Of a DNA stretch of 64,000 nt, positions 50,504 to 62,462 are shown in pieces. Under the pieces are notes generated by a model. The model worked only from the letters and a program-made list of their open reading frames with translations, was not told the DNA's origin and made no database searches. Position 1 is the first letter of the stretch. Each line of letters starts with the position of its first letter. Source of the DNA: Escherichia phage phiE142. Location: sequence record NC_055709.1; one strand, written 5' to 3'. The position numbers were made by a program, and so were the translations under genes.

Positions 50504-51946
50504 ATGATCGAATTAAAAAGTCTACCATACGTTGATGGCCCTCCTGATGAGGGTCAAAAACGCTTAAACTGGATTAAAAATTCAGAAGAAATAACTGGCG
50601 CTGATACGTTATACGGTTCTGAAGGAGTAATGAACCGTCCAATAACAGAAGTTCAACGAAATGTAGAAACAATTAACGATAACGTTAAGACTATCGCAGA
50701 ATCTTTAGATACCGCTAATGCTGATATTGTCACAATTAAAAGTATCTTGGATGTTTCTGGTGATGTAGATGCTTTAGCACAAATTGGACATAACACTGAT
50801 GATATTGAAGTATTAAAACACACTGTAAATTCACACGGTGTTGATATTTTAAACACTGAAGAAAAACTAGATGATACTATTGCTAATATCGGAGTAGTTA
50901 ATCCAGAAACAGATTCAGTGTATCGTACGGTGCGTAACGACCTTCTTTGGATTAAAACCGAATTAGGGCAATATACTGGGCAAGATATTAATGGTGTCCC
51001 GACCGAAGGTAATGAAAGCACCGGGATGAAACGACGTATTATTACTAACAGCTCAGTGTTGGTTGACCAAGGCGTTCGTTTAACCGAGTTAGAAAATAAA
51101 TTTGCCGATTCTGATGTTGGGGCTCTGACAACCGAAGTTGAAAACCTCCGTCAAGAAATAGGTCCTAGACCATCGTTAACAGTACCGGTTTACACTCGTT
51201 TATCCGGTATTGATTCATCCATTTCTATCCAAACTAGAGATATTGCGGCATTAAAAGATTTTGTTGGATATCCTAATTCAACCGCTATTAAAACTCAAGT
51301 CGAGGCCAATCGTCTTTCTATATCAACAATAAATTCAGACATTAACTCGCCTGGCGGTATTAAACCACGTTTGACAACGTTAGAAACTACTATAGGCTCT
51401 CCAGATTTACCAACTACTCTTCAGGGTAAGATCAAATTAAATACCGATTCCATTTCAGGTATTAACACAGTTTTAGGTGTTGATTCTTCTAGTGGTTTAC
51501 GTTTTAATGTAGCATGGCTTAATCAGGTGGTTGGAGTTGATTCAAACGGTGGACAACCTGAACCGGCTGGTTCACTTTTATATAGGACTCGTGTTCTTGA
51601 AACTGGTGTTACCGACCTAGGCAATAACATTCAAAACGTTCAAACTGAATTGGGAACTAATTCGTCCGGTATTAAAGGACAAGTAACTAGTTTAAATAAA
51701 CTTATAAGCGGTACCAACCCAAACGGTCAAACCGTAGAAGAACGTGGTATATTGCCAACGGTTAAAAACCATGACACAACAATTATGGCTTTAACTACGC
51801 GTGTTACCACTTTAGAAACCGACCTTGCTGAAGCAGAAGCAGAAATTCAGGCCCTTAAAGAGGCTGGATATATCGAAGATGCTCCTTCAGACGGTAAATT
51901 CTATGTTCGTAAAGATGGTGCTTGGGTTGAACTTCCTACAGCTTAA
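50504..51946 (+). CDS. wac: fibritin (whisker protein)
   Basis: 480 aa coiled-coil protein with C-terminal foldon GYIEDAPSDGKFYVRKDGAWVELPTA. Confidence 0.85.
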   Translation: MIELKSLPYVDGPPDEGQKRLNWIKNSEEITGADTLYGSEGVMNRPITEVQRNVETINDNVKTIAESLDTANADIVTIKSILDVSGDVDALAQIGHNTDDIEVLKHTVNSHGVDILNTEEKLDDTIANIGVVNPETDSVYRTVRNDLLWIKTELGQYTGQDINGVPTEGNESTGMKRRIITNSSVLVDQGVRLTELENKFADSDVGALTTEVENLRQEIGPRPSLTVPVYTRLSGIDSSISIQTRDIAALKDFVGYPNSTAIKTQVEANRLSISTINSDINSPGGIKPRLTTLETTIGSPDLPTTLQGKIKLNTDSISGINTVLGVDSSSGLRFNVAWLNQVVGVDSNGGQPEPAGSLLYRTRVLETGVTDLGNNIQNVQTELGTNSSGIKGQVTSLNKLISGTNPNGQTVEERGILPTVKNHDTTIMALTTRVTTLETDLAEAEAEIQALKEAGYIEDAPSDGKFYVRKDGAWVELPTA

Positions 51947-51948
51947 TG

Positions 51949-51970
51949 AAAAGGGCCTTCGGGCCCTAAA
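51949..51970. other. GC-rich stem-loop between wac and gene 13
   Basis: aaagggcc-ttcg-ggcccttt; same stem family as the hairpin at 10393-10410. Confidence 0.4.
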
Positions 51971-51978
51971 GGATTTAT

Positions 51979-52876
51979 ATGTCAGGTTATAATGCACAAA
52001 ACCCTAAAGAATTAAAGGATGTAATATTACGTCGTTTAGGCGCTCCTATTGTAAATGTTGAATTAACTACAGACCAAATTTATGATTGTATTTCCAGAGC
52101 ATTAGAACTTTATGGCGAATATCATTTTGATGGATTGAATAAAGGTTTCCATGTATTTTTTGTTGACGACGAAGAAAAATACCGTCACGGCGTATTTGAT
52201 ATGCGTGGTTCTAATGTATTTGCTGTAACAAGAATTATAAGAACAAACGTTGGCTCTATTACTTCAATGGATGGTAACGCAACTTATCCATGGTTCACTG
52301 ATTTCCTTTTAGGAATGGCAGGCGTTTCTGGTGGTATGGGTAGTAATTGTGGTAAATTCTACGGTCCGAACGCTTTTGGTGCCGACCTCGGGTATTATTC
52401 TCAATTAGTATCTTATATGGGTATGCTTCAAGATATGATTGCTCCTCTTCCAGATTTTTGGTTTAACTCTGCAAACGAGCAATTAAAAGTAATGGGTAAC
52501 TTTAGACAGAAAGATGTTATTATCGTTGAATCGTATGTTCGCTCTTATATTGAGACACATAAGATGGTAGGAAATACAGTAGGTTATGGACAGGTCGGTC
52601 CTCGTGATTCATGGTCTATTTCTGAGCGGTATGACAACCCAGACCATAATTTAGTCGGACGTCGAGTTGGTGAAGATCCTGCAACTAAACAAGGCGCATA
52701 TAACAACCGCTGGGTTAAAGATTATGCAACTGCATTAGCTAAAGAGCTTAATGGACAAATTCTTGCTAAACATCAAGGTATGATGTTACCAGGCGGTGTC
52801 ACTGTTGATGGTGTTCGATTAATTGAAGAAGCCCGTTTAGAGAAAGAAGCTTTACGAGAAGAGTTATATTTACTGG
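51979..52876 (+). CDS. 13: neck protein gp13, 3' end lost in N-gap
   Basis: ORF in conserved position after wac; runs into the N-run at 52877 roughly 10 codons short of the T4 length. Confidence 0.75.
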
Positions 52877-52924
52877 NNNNNNNNNNNNNNNNTNNNGTAN
52901 NTNNNNNNGGNNANNNNNNNNNNN
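52877..52924. other. N-masked junction
   Basis: 48 positions, mostly N; the 8 called bases all match gp5.4 sequence at 39378-39398 under the +13515 offset. Confidence 0.9.
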
Positions 52925-52992
52925 AAATGGCTGACCCAATTTCATGCGGGGACACTGTTTCTCAGGCCTCGTCAAAAGTCTTTATAAAATAG
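52925..52992 (+). other. 3' fragment of a second gp5.4 copy
   Basis: identical to 39410-39477; no start codon of its own. Confidence 0.6.
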
Positions 52993-53000
52993 GAATTAAA

Positions 53001-54971
53001 ATGGCAAACACTCCTGTAAATTATCAGTTAGTCAGAACGGCGAATGCTATTCCCGAAATTTTTATCGGGGGCACATTTGCCGAAATTAAAACAAATATAA
53101 TCGAATGGCTCAATGGACAGAACGAATTTCTTGATTATGATTTTGAAGGTTCACGTTTAAACGTATTGTGTGACCTTTTAGCATATAATACTCTTTATAT
53201 CCAACAGTTCAGTAATAGTGCAGTGTATGAAAGCTTTATGCGTACTGCTAACTTGCGCAGTTCCGTTGTACAAGCGGCTCAGGATAATGGATATCTGCCT
53301 GCATCTAAATCAGCAGCACAAACAGAAATTATGCTCACATGTACGGATGCATTAAATAGAAACTATATCACTATTCCGCGTGGTACTCGTTTCCTGGCGT
53401 ATGCTAAAGGTACTTCTGTAAATCCATATAACTTTGTTTCCACCGAAGACGTCATTGTAGTTAAAGACAAAAATAATCAATATTTCCCACGTCTTAGGTT
53501 AGCTCAGGGACGTATTGTTCGTACTGAATTAACATTTGATAAATTAAAACCTATCATTATTCGTGATAAGAACATTGACCGTAATTTGGTTAAATTGTAT
53601 GTTGACGGAGCAGAATGGATTAACTGGACTCGCAAATCGATGGTTCATGCTGGTTCTACTTCAACCATTTATTATATGCGAGAAACTGTTGACGGGAACA
53701 CTGAATTTTATTTTGGTGAAGGTGAAATCTCTATTAACACGTCAGAAGGTGCTTTAACATCTAACTACATTGGCGGCCTTAAACCTGTCCAGGGTTCTAA
53801 AATCGTAATTGAATATATTTCTACTAATGGTGCTGAAGCAAATGGTGCAGTAGGATTCTCTTATGCTGATACATTAGCTAATATCACAGTTATTGGAATT
53901 AATGAAAACCCAAGTAATAACCCTGACTTCGTTGGTGCTGATGGCGGTGGCGACCCTGAAGATATTGAACGTATCCGTGAATTAGGTACAATTAAACGCG
54001 AAACTCAACAACGATGTGTGACTGCGACCGATTACGACACATTCGTCTCTGAACGATTTGGTTCTATTATTCAAGCGGTTCAGACATTTACGGATTCATC
54101 TAAGCCTGGGTACGCATTTATTGCTGCTAAACCTAAGTCTGGGCTATATTTGACTTCCGTCCAACGAGACGATATTAAAAATTATCTTAATGAGTATAAC
54201 TTAGGGACGATAACTCCTGTTGTTATTTCTCCTGATTATTTGTTTATTAAAATGAATATTCGCGTTACGTATGCATTGAACAAATTACAGGAATCTGAAC
54301 AATGGTTAGAAGGCCAAATTATTAATAAAATCGACCGGTATTATATTGAAGACGTGGAAATTTTTAACTCGTCATTCGCAAAATCTAAAATGCTAACGTA
54401 TGTAGATGACGCAGATATTTCTATCATTGGTTCGTCTGCGACTATTCAAATGGTTCGCGAGGTACAGAACTTCTACAAAACACCTGAAACAGGTATTAAA
54501 TACAATAACCAGATTAAAGATAGAACATTAGAATCTAACGTGTTTTCATTTGATAGTTTACGCGTTGACCCTGAAACGGAAGCTACTATTAAATACGACG
54601 TTCGCATTGTAGGTTCAGATAGAAATGACCGTGGCATTGGACAAGTTATTATTGGCCCGTTTGCAGATGGCGACGTTATAGAAAATGCTTATATTCAACC
54701 ATATACTGGTGACGATTTTAATAAACTTCATGTTACGGACGGAAGAAACAAATATTACTCTATAGGTGAAGTAAATTATCCGGCTGATTCAATTTATTGG
54801 AATATAGCTAAAATTGATTTAACTTCTGATAGGTTTGAAGTTCAAACTATTGAACTCTATTCAGACCCAGCTGATGATGTTATCTTTACTAAAGACGGGT
54901 CATTAATTGTATTTGAAAATGACTTACGTCCGCAATATTTAACCATAGATTTGGAGCCTATTTCACAATGA
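53001..54971 (+). CDS. 6: gp6, second copy
   Basis: protein identical to 39486..41456. Confidence 0.6.
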   Translation: MANTPVNYQLVRTANAIPEIFIGGTFAEIKTNIIEWLNGQNEFLDYDFEGSRLNVLCDLLAYNTLYIQQFSNSAVYESFMRTANLRSSVVQAAQDNGYLPASKSAAQTEIMLTCTDALNRNYITIPRGTRFLAYAKGTSVNPYNFVSTEDVIVVKDKNNQYFPRLRLAQGRIVRTELTFDKLKPIIIRDKNIDRNLVKLYVDGAEWINWTRKSMVHAGSTSTIYYMRETVDGNTEFYFGEGEISINTSEGALTSNYIGGLKPVQGSKIVIEYISTNGAEANGAVGFSYADTLANITVIGINENPSNNPDFVGADGGGDPEDIERIRELGTIKRETQQRCVTATDYDTFVSERFGSIIQAVQTFTDSSKPGYAFIAAKPKSGLYLTSVQRDDIKNYLNEYNLGTITPVVISPDYLFIKMNIRVTYALNKLQESEQWLEGQIINKIDRYYIEDVEIFNSSFAKSKMLTYVDDADISIIGSSATIQMVREVQNFYKTPETGIKYNNQIKDRTLESNVFSFDSLRVDPETEATIKYDVRIVGSDRNDRGIGQVIIGPFADGDVIENAYIQPYTGDDFNKLHVTDGRNKYYSIGEVNYPADSIYWNIAKIDLTSDRFEVQTIELYSDPADDVIFTKDGSLIVFENDLRPQYLTIDLEPISQ

Positions 54972-57900
54972 CAGTAAAAGCGCCAGCAGTCACGAGTCTC
55001 AGATTATCTAAATTGTCCGCAAACCAAGTTCAAATTCGCTGGGATGAGGTTGGCGCTAATTTCTACTATTTTGTGGAAATAGCTGAGACCAAAACAGCTA
55101 ACGGGGAAGCAATTCCCCGTAATAGCTATAGATGGACTAATTTAGGATATACCGCTGATAACAATTTCTTTGAGTCTGGTTTAAATTCATTAACAACATA
55201 TATGATGCGTGTGGCTACAGCAGCGGAGGGATTTGAGCAGTCTGATTGGAGATACACTGAAGAGTTTGAAACATTTGAAATAAACGCTTACACATTCCAA
55301 CATATGATTGAAATGCAATTAGCTAACGAGTTTATTTCTGAAAAATTTACAAAAAATAATACAAACTACGTTGATTTTAATAATGACACGATCATGGCAG
55401 CACTGATGAGCGAGTCGTTCCAATTCAGTCCTGCATACACCGATGTGTCATCGATTAGAAATTTTATAATTGGTGAAAATCAGTATCATGAAATCCAGGG
55501 GCATATCCAGGATGTATGTAAAGATATAAATCGAGTATATCTAATGGAATCTGAAGGAATTCTTTACCTTTTTGAAAGATTCCAACCTATTGTAAAAGTG
55601 TCTAATGATAAAGGCCAAACATGGAAAGCGGTTAAATTGCTTAATGACCGTGTAGGATATCCACTTTCACGAACCGTATATTACCAATCAGAATATACGA
55701 CGTATTTGCTCGGCTATGATAAGATTTTTTACGGGCGTAAATCATCCGATATTCGTTGGTCTGCTGATGATGTTCGTTTCAGTTCACAAGACGTAACATT
55801 TGCTAAAATCTGGGATCAATTAAATTTAGGTTTTGATGTAGAGATTTTCGGTACATACGCGTCATTACCAGGAAACGTATCACGTATTGCAGAAGCTATT
55901 ACTTGTAATGATGACTATGTTTATATTGCGGCCAGAGATAAAGTTCGCTTCGTTAAAACCAGTAACGCTCCTATTGATTCAGATCCATTATCTCCGACCT
56001 ATTCCGAACGGTTGTTTGAACCTGAGACGTTTACAATAACAGGCAACCCTAAAGCAGTTTGTTATAAAATGGATTCTGTTGGTGGAAGAATATTCGCTCT
56101 TATTATTGGTGAAGTTGAAAACGTTAATGACGACCCAAGAACAAAGCCTATTTTGGATTCCGTTGATAAAGGTGTATACGTTTTAGACCATGACGCTGGA
56201 ACATTTAAAAGGATATTTGGTAATACCGAAGAAGAACGCCGTCGTATAGAACCGGCTTTCACCAATATGTCTACTGATGGTGTTGAGCTTTATATCTCTT
56301 CTAGTAATTTTAAATTTTTAGAATCTGATATTGTTGACGACCCAGAAACGCAATCTAAGTACGGACTTTTGGGAGCAGTTAAGTATGAATATCCTAGAGA
56401 ATGGCTCGCAGATAAACATTACCATATGATGATTTTCGCATCAAACGAAGAAAGTAATTGGGAAACTTTTTCACCAACTCCTATGCAGTATTATGCAGAA
56501 CCTTTCTTTAGTTATTCTAGAAAATCAGGCACACGTTCTTGGATTAATAACTCTGATAGAGCGGTAGTGATTTATTCTGATTTGCTTTACACAAAGGTAG
56601 TGGAAAGCTACCCTAGCACTTCACCTGATCGTAAAGTTCACGAATACTGGAATGACGGCGATTGTAAGATTGTTATGCCGAATATAGAATTCACTGGATT
56701 TAAAAAATACGCATCTGGTATGTTGTTTTATAAATCATCAGGTGAAATAATTTCATATTACGATTTTAGTTATCGTGTTAGAAATAACGTTTCTATAATT
56801 TGGAAGCCCACTAACGTATTTTTGACCGCCTCATTACAAAACCAAGAAAAAGAAACTTCTTGGGTTCCTGTTGAAGAGACAGGTCTAGCTGACCCGGATT
56901 TACGCCCATTACTCACTACAATGATGCCAGAGTCTTATCTGTTGGATAATACAAACTTTGAAGCATTTTGTGAAGCGTATATTCAATATCTTTCTGATGG
57001 ATATGGGACTCATTATAATAACTTATTGAATTTGATTAAAAATAAATACCCACGAGAAGAACACGCATGGGAATATCTTTGGTCTGAAATTTATAAACGG
57101 AACATTTATTTGAATGCTGAGAAACGTGATTTAGTTTCTAGGTTCTTTGAGTCCAGAAGTTATGATTTTTATTCTACTAAAGGAACTGAAGCATCGTATA
57201 AGTTTTTGTTTAAAGTTCTTTATAACGAAGACGTTGAAGTAGAAATCGAGTCATCTGCTGGAACAGAGTATGATATCATAATTCAATCTGATTCTATAAG
57301 TGAAGATTTGGTTGGACAAACTATATACACCGCTACAGGTAGATGTAATGTTACATATTTAGAAAGAAGCTATTCTAAAGGTAAATTACAATGGACTGTG
57401 ACTATTCATAACCTTTTAGGTAGGCTTTTAGTCGGTCAAGAAGTAAAAGCCGAAAGACTAGCAGATTTTGAAGGTGAAATAGTTCGCGGTATTAAAGGTA
57501 AAGAACTTGCCCAAAACACTATCGATTATTTTAATCGTGGTAGAGCTTATTACGTCATGAAAATAAAGTCAAATCTTCCATCCTCTCGTTGGAAATCTGA
57601 CGTACTACGTTTTGTACATCCGGTAGGATTTGGATTTATTGCAATAACCTTATTAACAATGTTTATTAATACAGGATTAACGCTTAAACATGTTGAAACT
57701 ATTATTAATAAATATAAAAATTATAAGTGGGATTCCGGACTGCCTACGGAATATGCAGACCGCGTCGCTCGTTTAGACCCTCAAGGTAATGTAGAATTCA
57801 ATCCTGTTACAGGTGAAGTAATTTATGATGCTGGTCCTTATGCCGGTATCGAATACCCTTTACCTGCAAATTATAATGAAGAAAATGATAACTCTATTTT

Positions 57901-58066
57901 CCAAGGACAATTACCGTCCGAACGACGCAAGCCGATGAGCCCATTATTTGATGCATCAGGTACAACGTTCTCTAGATTTAGAGAGCTTGTTAATGAAAGA
58001 TTGTTAGATAACGTGGGAAATCCTAGAGACCCGATTAATCCACCACAGGTTAAATTAGATGAATGA
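54968..58066 (+). CDS. 7: gp7, second copy
   Basis: protein identical to 41453..44551. Confidence 0.6.
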   Translation: MTVKAPAVTSLRLSKLSANQVQIRWDEVGANFYYFVEIAETKTANGEAIPRNSYRWTNLGYTADNNFFESGLNSLTTYMMRVATAAEGFEQSDWRYTEEFETFEINAYTFQHMIEMQLANEFISEKFTKNNTNYVDFNNDTIMAALMSESFQFSPAYTDVSSIRNFIIGENQYHEIQGHIQDVCKDINRVYLMESEGILYLFERFQPIVKVSNDKGQTWKAVKLLNDRVGYPLSRTVYYQSEYTTYLLGYDKIFYGRKSSDIRWSADDVRFSSQDVTFAKIWDQLNLGFDVEIFGTYASLPGNVSRIAEAITCNDDYVYIAARDKVRFVKTSNAPIDSDPLSPTYSERLFEPETFTITGNPKAVCYKMDSVGGRIFALIIGEVENVNDDPRTKPILDSVDKGVYVLDHDAGTFKRIFGNTEEERRRIEPAFTNMSTDGVELYISSSNFKFLESDIVDDPETQSKYGLLGAVKYEYPREWLADKHYHMMIFASNEESNWETFSPTPMQYYAEPFFSYSRKSGTRSWINNSDRAVVIYSDLLYTKVVESYPSTSPDRKVHEYWNDGDCKIVMPNIEFTGFKKYASGMLFYKSSGEIISYYDFSYRVRNNVSIIWKPTNVFLTASLQNQEKETSWVPVEETGLADPDLRPLLTTMMPESYLLDNTNFEAFCEAYIQYLSDGYGTHYNNLLNLIKNKYPREEHAWEYLWSEIYKRNIYLNAEKRDLVSRFFESRSYDFYSTKGTEASYKFLFKVLYNEDVEVEIESSAGTEYDIIIQSDSISEDLVGQTIYTATGRCNVTYLERSYSKGKLQWTVTIHNLLGRLLVGQEVKAERLADFEGEIVRGIKGKELAQNTIDYFNRGRAYYVMKIKSNLPSSRWKSDVLRFVHPVGFGFIAITLLTMFINTGLTLKHVETIINKYKNYKWDSGLPTEYADRVARLDPQGNVEFNPVTGEVIYDAGPYAGIEYPLPANYNEENDNSIFQGQLPSERRKPMSPLFDASGTTFSRFRELVNERLLDNVGNPRDPINPPQVKLDE

Positions 58067-59063
58067 TTCAAGTGTTGTCTATCGTGCGATAGTTACTTCA
58101 AAATTTAGAACTGAAAAAATGTTGAATTTCTACAATTCAATAGGTGATGGTGATAATAAAAACACCATCTTTATAACGTTTGGTCGGTCTGAACCATGGG
58201 CTGCTAATGAAAATGAGGTGGGCTTCGCCCCACCGTATCCAACAGACTCGGTTTTAGGTGTAACAGATATGTGGACTAACATGATGGGTTTAGTTAAAGT
58301 TATCCCATCTATGTTAGACTCTGTTATTCCTAGACGTGACTGGGGAGATATTCGTTATCCGGACCCTTATACATTCAAAATAAATGATATAGTCGTATGT
58401 AATACAGCCCCATATAATGCCACTGAAGTCGGAGCTGGATGGTTAGTATACCGTTGCGTAGATGTTCCTGATGTTGGGATGTGTTCTATTGAGTCTCTCG
58501 ACAACAAAGAAGAATGTCTTAAATTAGGCGGTAAATGGACTCCATCTGTTAGGTCTTTAACCCCTCCTGAAGGCCGTGGAGACGCTGAAGGGATTATCGA
58601 AGTTGGTGATGGATATATATGGGAGTATCTTTATGAGATTCCACCCGATGTGTCTATAAACCGATGTACTAATGAATATATAGTCGTTCCATGGCCGGAA
58701 GAAGTTAAAGAAGACCCTGCTCGTTGGGGATATGAAAACAATCTAACCTGGCAACAAGATGATTTTGGCCTTGTGTATAGAGTTAAAGCAAACATAATTC
58801 GTTTTAAAGCCTATTTAGACTCAGTTTATTTCCCTAATGCAGCACTGCCTGGTAATAAAGGATTTAGACAAATTTCTATTATCACAAACCCGTTGGAAGC
58901 TAAACTCCGTCCTAATGACCCTAATATAAAAGCTGAAAAGGATTATTATGACCCCAGAGATTTACAGCGTCATTCCGGTGAAATGATTTATATGGAAAAC
59001 CGTCCACCTATTATTATGGCAATGGACCAAACCGAAGAGATCAATATTTTGTTTATGTTCTAA
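58059..59063 (+). CDS. 8: gp8, second copy
   Basis: identical to the first copy. Confidence 0.6.
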   Translation: MNDSSVVYRAIVTSKFRTEKMLNFYNSIGDGDNKNTIFITFGRSEPWAANENEVGFAPPYPTDSVLGVTDMWTNMMGLVKVIPSMLDSVIPRRDWGDIRYPDPYTFKINDIVVCNTAPYNATEVGAGWLVYRCVDVPDVGMCSIESLDNKEECLKLGGKWTPSVRSLTPPEGRGDAEGIIEVGDGYIWEYLYEIPPDVSINRCTNEYIVVPWPEEVKEDPARWGYENNLTWQQDDFGLVYRVKANIIRFKAYLDSVYFPNAALPGNKGFRQISIITNPLEAKLRPNDPNIKAEKDYYDPRDLQRHSGEMIYMENRPPIIMAMDQTEEINILFMF

Positions 59064-59125
59064 TTTAGGGAGACTTCGGTCTCCCTTTCGTGTATAAATA
59101 GTATAAACTATTAAGGATTAGCCAC

Positions 59126-59989
59126 ATGTATATTCAAACTCCAAAACAATTGATTGACGTTGGCGAAATTGGTACCGCTTCTACAGGCGATATCCTTTTT
59201 GACGGCGGTGTTAAAATAAACAATGATATAAATGCTATTTACAATGCGTTTGGCGACCAACGAAAAATGGCAACTGCTAATGGGACAGGACCAAATGGAC
59301 AAATAATCCATGCTACTGGATACTACCAAAAAGGAGGTCCTACTGATTATTTCACCCCTGTTCCAGTAGGAAGTAGACACGACATAGATGCTTCTACTGG
59401 TGGTGTTATTGTTACTGTTGCTAGAGGTGAACTCGGTGATTCCGTGGAATTTATAAATTCAAACGGGTCAATTTCGGTAAACAACCCATTAAGTATCCAA
59501 GCATTAGATTCTATTAAAGGTGTTGCAGGTAATTTAGTTATAACTACACCTTATACTAAAGTTACTCTTCGTTGTATTTCTTCTGGTACAGGCGGTTCAA
59601 TATGGGATTATTCTACAGAAAGTATGTTTAGTCATACCGAAATTCCTGTAGACGGGACATGGAATATTATTTCAGACTATATCAATATTCCTCTATTTTA
59701 TAAAACTGAATATAATGCTGCTAAACTTTTGGTTACATGCCAATCTGCCAACGGCAGAAAAATTAAATCATGCGAAATAAATATTCTAATAGATACAATT
59801 AATTCAAGAGTTATTTCAACCGAATACGCAGTGATGCGCATTGGTAATGATAACGAAGAAGATGAAATTGCGAATATTAGTTTTTCGATAATTAACAATT
59901 TTGCCACTATGACAGTTTCTTCACATATAAATGGTCTTCGAGTGGCAGCTAAAGTTATTTCAACTCAGAAAATTAGGGTCGCTCAATAA
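59126..59989 (+). CDS. 9: gp9, second copy
   Basis: identical to the first copy. Confidence 0.6.
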   Translation: MYIQTPKQLIDVGEIGTASTGDILFDGGVKINNDINAIYNAFGDQRKMATANGTGPNGQIIHATGYYQKGGPTDYFTPVPVGSRHDIDASTGGVIVTVARGELGDSVEFINSNGSISVNNPLSIQALDSIKGVAGNLVITTPYTKVTLRCISSGTGGSIWDYSTESMFSHTEIPVDGTWNIISDYINIPLFYKTEYNAAKLLVTCQSANGRKIKSCEINILIDTINSRVISTEYAVMRIGNDNEEDEIANISFSIINNFATMTVSSHINGLRVAAKVISTQKIRVAQ

Positions 59990-61803
59990 TGAAACAAAAT
60001 ATTAAAATTGGGAACGTCGTTGATGACGGACAAGGCGATTACCTTCGTCGTGGTGGTGCAAAAATTAATGAAAACTTTGATGAGTTGTATTATGAATTAG
60101 GCGATGGCGAAGTTCCATATTCCGCTGGTGCCTGGAAAACATACCATTCTTCAGATGGACTTAATTTAGCTGCTGAATGGGGTAAATCATACGCAATTGA
60201 TACTTCAACAGGGCGTGTTTCTATAAATTTACCTAAAGGAACAGTGGAAGATTATAATAAAGTAATTAGAGCCCGTGATGTATTCGCCACGTGGAATATT
60301 AACCCTGTAACATTAATTGCTGCCAGCGGTGATACTATTAAAGGTTCTTCCAGCCCAGTAGAAATCAATGTGCAGTTTTCAGACTTAGAATTAGTTTACT
60401 GTTCTCCTGGGCGCTGGGAATACGTTAAAAATAAACAAATAGACAAAATTACTAGTTCTGATATTAGTAGTGTAGCTCGTAAAGAATTTTTAGTCGAAGT
60501 TCAAGGTCAAACTGATTTTCTTGATGTATTTGGGCCTGTTTCTTATAATGTGAATAATATCCGTGTAAAACATCGTGGTAACGAATTATACTACGGTGAT
60601 GCGTTCAGTGACAATAGTGACTTTGGTTCACCAGGAGCTAATCCTGGTGAAATCGTTGCATTAGATGGTAAAAACATCCGTCTAAGACAACCGTGTAATA
60701 TCGGCGACACCGTACAAATTGAAACCTTTTTGGATGGGATTACACAATTACGCAGTTCTTATTCTCGCCGCCAAATACGTATTTTAGATTCGAAATTAAC
60801 AACCCGTCCTTCCTTAGAAGGAAGTGTATATGTCGCTGATTTGTCAACTTTGAAATCTATTCCTTTTTCCGCATTTGGAGTTAATCCTTCAGAACCGGTC
60901 AATACCAATTCTTTAGAAGTTCGTTTTAACGGTATTCTTCAAGAATTAGCTGGTACTGTTGGTTTACCTATGTTCAGATGTGAAGGAGCTGACGCAGAAA
61001 CTTCTACTGAGTGTTCAGCTTTAGGTGGGACTTGGGTTACATCTAACACAGATTATTCTATTGAATATGATGATAACGATGCAACTATCGCACGTGCTTT
61101 AGTCTTTGACCGTAAGTTTGAAGACCAAGACATTATTGATATTACATGGTTTAATAACGATTTAGGCACTTTATTAAGTATCGATGACATTTTAGATACA
61201 ACTGATGAAAGGTATGTCGCACAAGGTGCAACCGTAAATGTGACAGGCGATGTGGCTTTGACCGATTTCAATAATATCGGATGGCCTAATGTAGAATCTG
61301 TTCCTGCATATAGCAGGGAATTCTCGTCTATTGCAAATATTTTTAACACCATTTACCCTGTCGGTACTATTTACGAAAATGCAGTGAACCCTAATAACCC
61401 AGCCACGTATTTAGGATTTGGCTCTTGGAAATTATGGGGGCAAGGAAAAGTATTAGTTGGATGGAACGACGATATTAGCGATCCTAATTTTGCATTAAAT
61501 AATAACGACCTTGATTCTAGCGGGAATCCTACACATACCGCCGGTGGAACAGTCGGAACAACGTCTAACACACTAACTAATTCTGATTTACCTCCTACTC
61601 AAACTGACGAGAAAGTTCTTATTTCCGATGAGAACGGTACAATTATTATTGGTGGTTGTCAATACGACCCTGATGCAGAAGGTCCTATATACACCAAATA
61701 CCGTGAAGGCCACGCCACAACGAATAGTACACACATACCGCCTCAAGCCGTAAATAATATTCAACCGTCAGTTACCGTATACCGTTGGGTAAGGATTGCA
61801 TAA
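59989..61803 (+). CDS. 10: gp10, second copy
   Basis: identical to the first copy. Confidence 0.6.
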   Translation: MKQNIKIGNVVDDGQGDYLRRGGAKINENFDELYYELGDGEVPYSAGAWKTYHSSDGLNLAAEWGKSYAIDTSTGRVSINLPKGTVEDYNKVIRARDVFATWNINPVTLIAASGDTIKGSSSPVEINVQFSDLELVYCSPGRWEYVKNKQIDKITSSDISSVARKEFLVEVQGQTDFLDVFGPVSYNVNNIRVKHRGNELYYGDAFSDNSDFGSPGANPGEIVALDGKNIRLRQPCNIGDTVQIETFLDGITQLRSSYSRRQIRILDSKLTTRPSLEGSVYVADLSTLKSIPFSAFGVNPSEPVNTNSLEVRFNGILQELAGTVGLPMFRCEGADAETSTECSALGGTWVTSNTDYSIEYDDNDATIARALVFDRKFEDQDIIDITWFNNDLGTLLSIDDILDTTDERYVAQGATVNVTGDVALTDFNNIGWPNVESVPAYSREFSSIANIFNTIYPVGTIYENAVNPNNPATYLGFGSWKLWGQGKVLVGWNDDISDPNFALNNNDLDSSGNPTHTAGGTVGTTSNTLTNSDLPPTQTDEKVLISDENGTIIIGGCQYDPDAEGPIYTKYREGHATTNSTHIPPQAVNNIQPSVTVYRWVRIA

Positions 61804-62462
61804 TGACCATACTTAATACTAAAGCGGGAGTAATATCCCGCGAAGCAGATTTTTTAGGATTTAGAAAAAATCCTACTCAAATTGATATTTTAAACAACCA
61901 AGGCGTAGGTTCTGTAACTATTTCTCAATTGGCAAAAGGATTCTACGACGATAACGTAGAATCTGCAATAAACGATGTTCATAATATTGCTAGAGCAGAT
62001 GTAGGAACAGTTACAATTAACACCTCAGGTGTATCTCCTGAAGGAACTTCACAGGTAGATTATTGGTCCTTTAGTGGAAGTGTAACTGACCCTAGTTTGC
62101 CCGATGGAAGCCCTGTTATTGTAAAAGTTTACGGGCTTCCTGTTAATGCTACTGTAGGTATGACAGCCGACGAATTTGTTGTACAATTACGTACTACTCT
62201 CCGGAATGCGATTTCCGACCAAATGGCTATTGCAGAGTATAAAGATGACCCTACTGTTGGGACTAAATTACAAATAACATATTTAGATAACCAAAGACAC
62301 GTACTCCCAACGTATTCCTCTTATGGTATCACGGTTTCTCAAGAAATAGTGTCTCAGGCTAAGTCCGGGTACGGCACTTGGAATTTACTAGGTGCGCAAA
62401 CCATTACTCTTGACAACCATATTTCACCTACAACCTTTTATTATTTTGTGAGAACCGCATGA
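61803..62462 (+). CDS. 11: gp11, second copy
   Basis: identical to the first copy. Confidence 0.6.
   Translation: MTILNTKAGVISREADFLGFRKNPTQIDILNNQGVGSVTISQLAKGFYDDNVESAINDVHNIARADVGTVTINTSGVSPEGTSQVDYWSFSGSVTDPSLPDGSPVIVKVYGLPVNATVGMTADEFVVQLRTTLRNAISDQMAIAEYKDDPTVGTKLQITYLDNQRHVLPTYSSYGITVSQEIVSQAKSGYGTWNLLGAQTITLDNHISPTTFYYFVRTA

Noticed and set aside
51979-52992. 337-aa read-through ORF joining gene 13 to the gp5.4 tail
   Set aside because: Translation runs through a 48-nt N-run; the fusion is an artefact of the masked junction, so only 51979..52876 is reported as gene 13.
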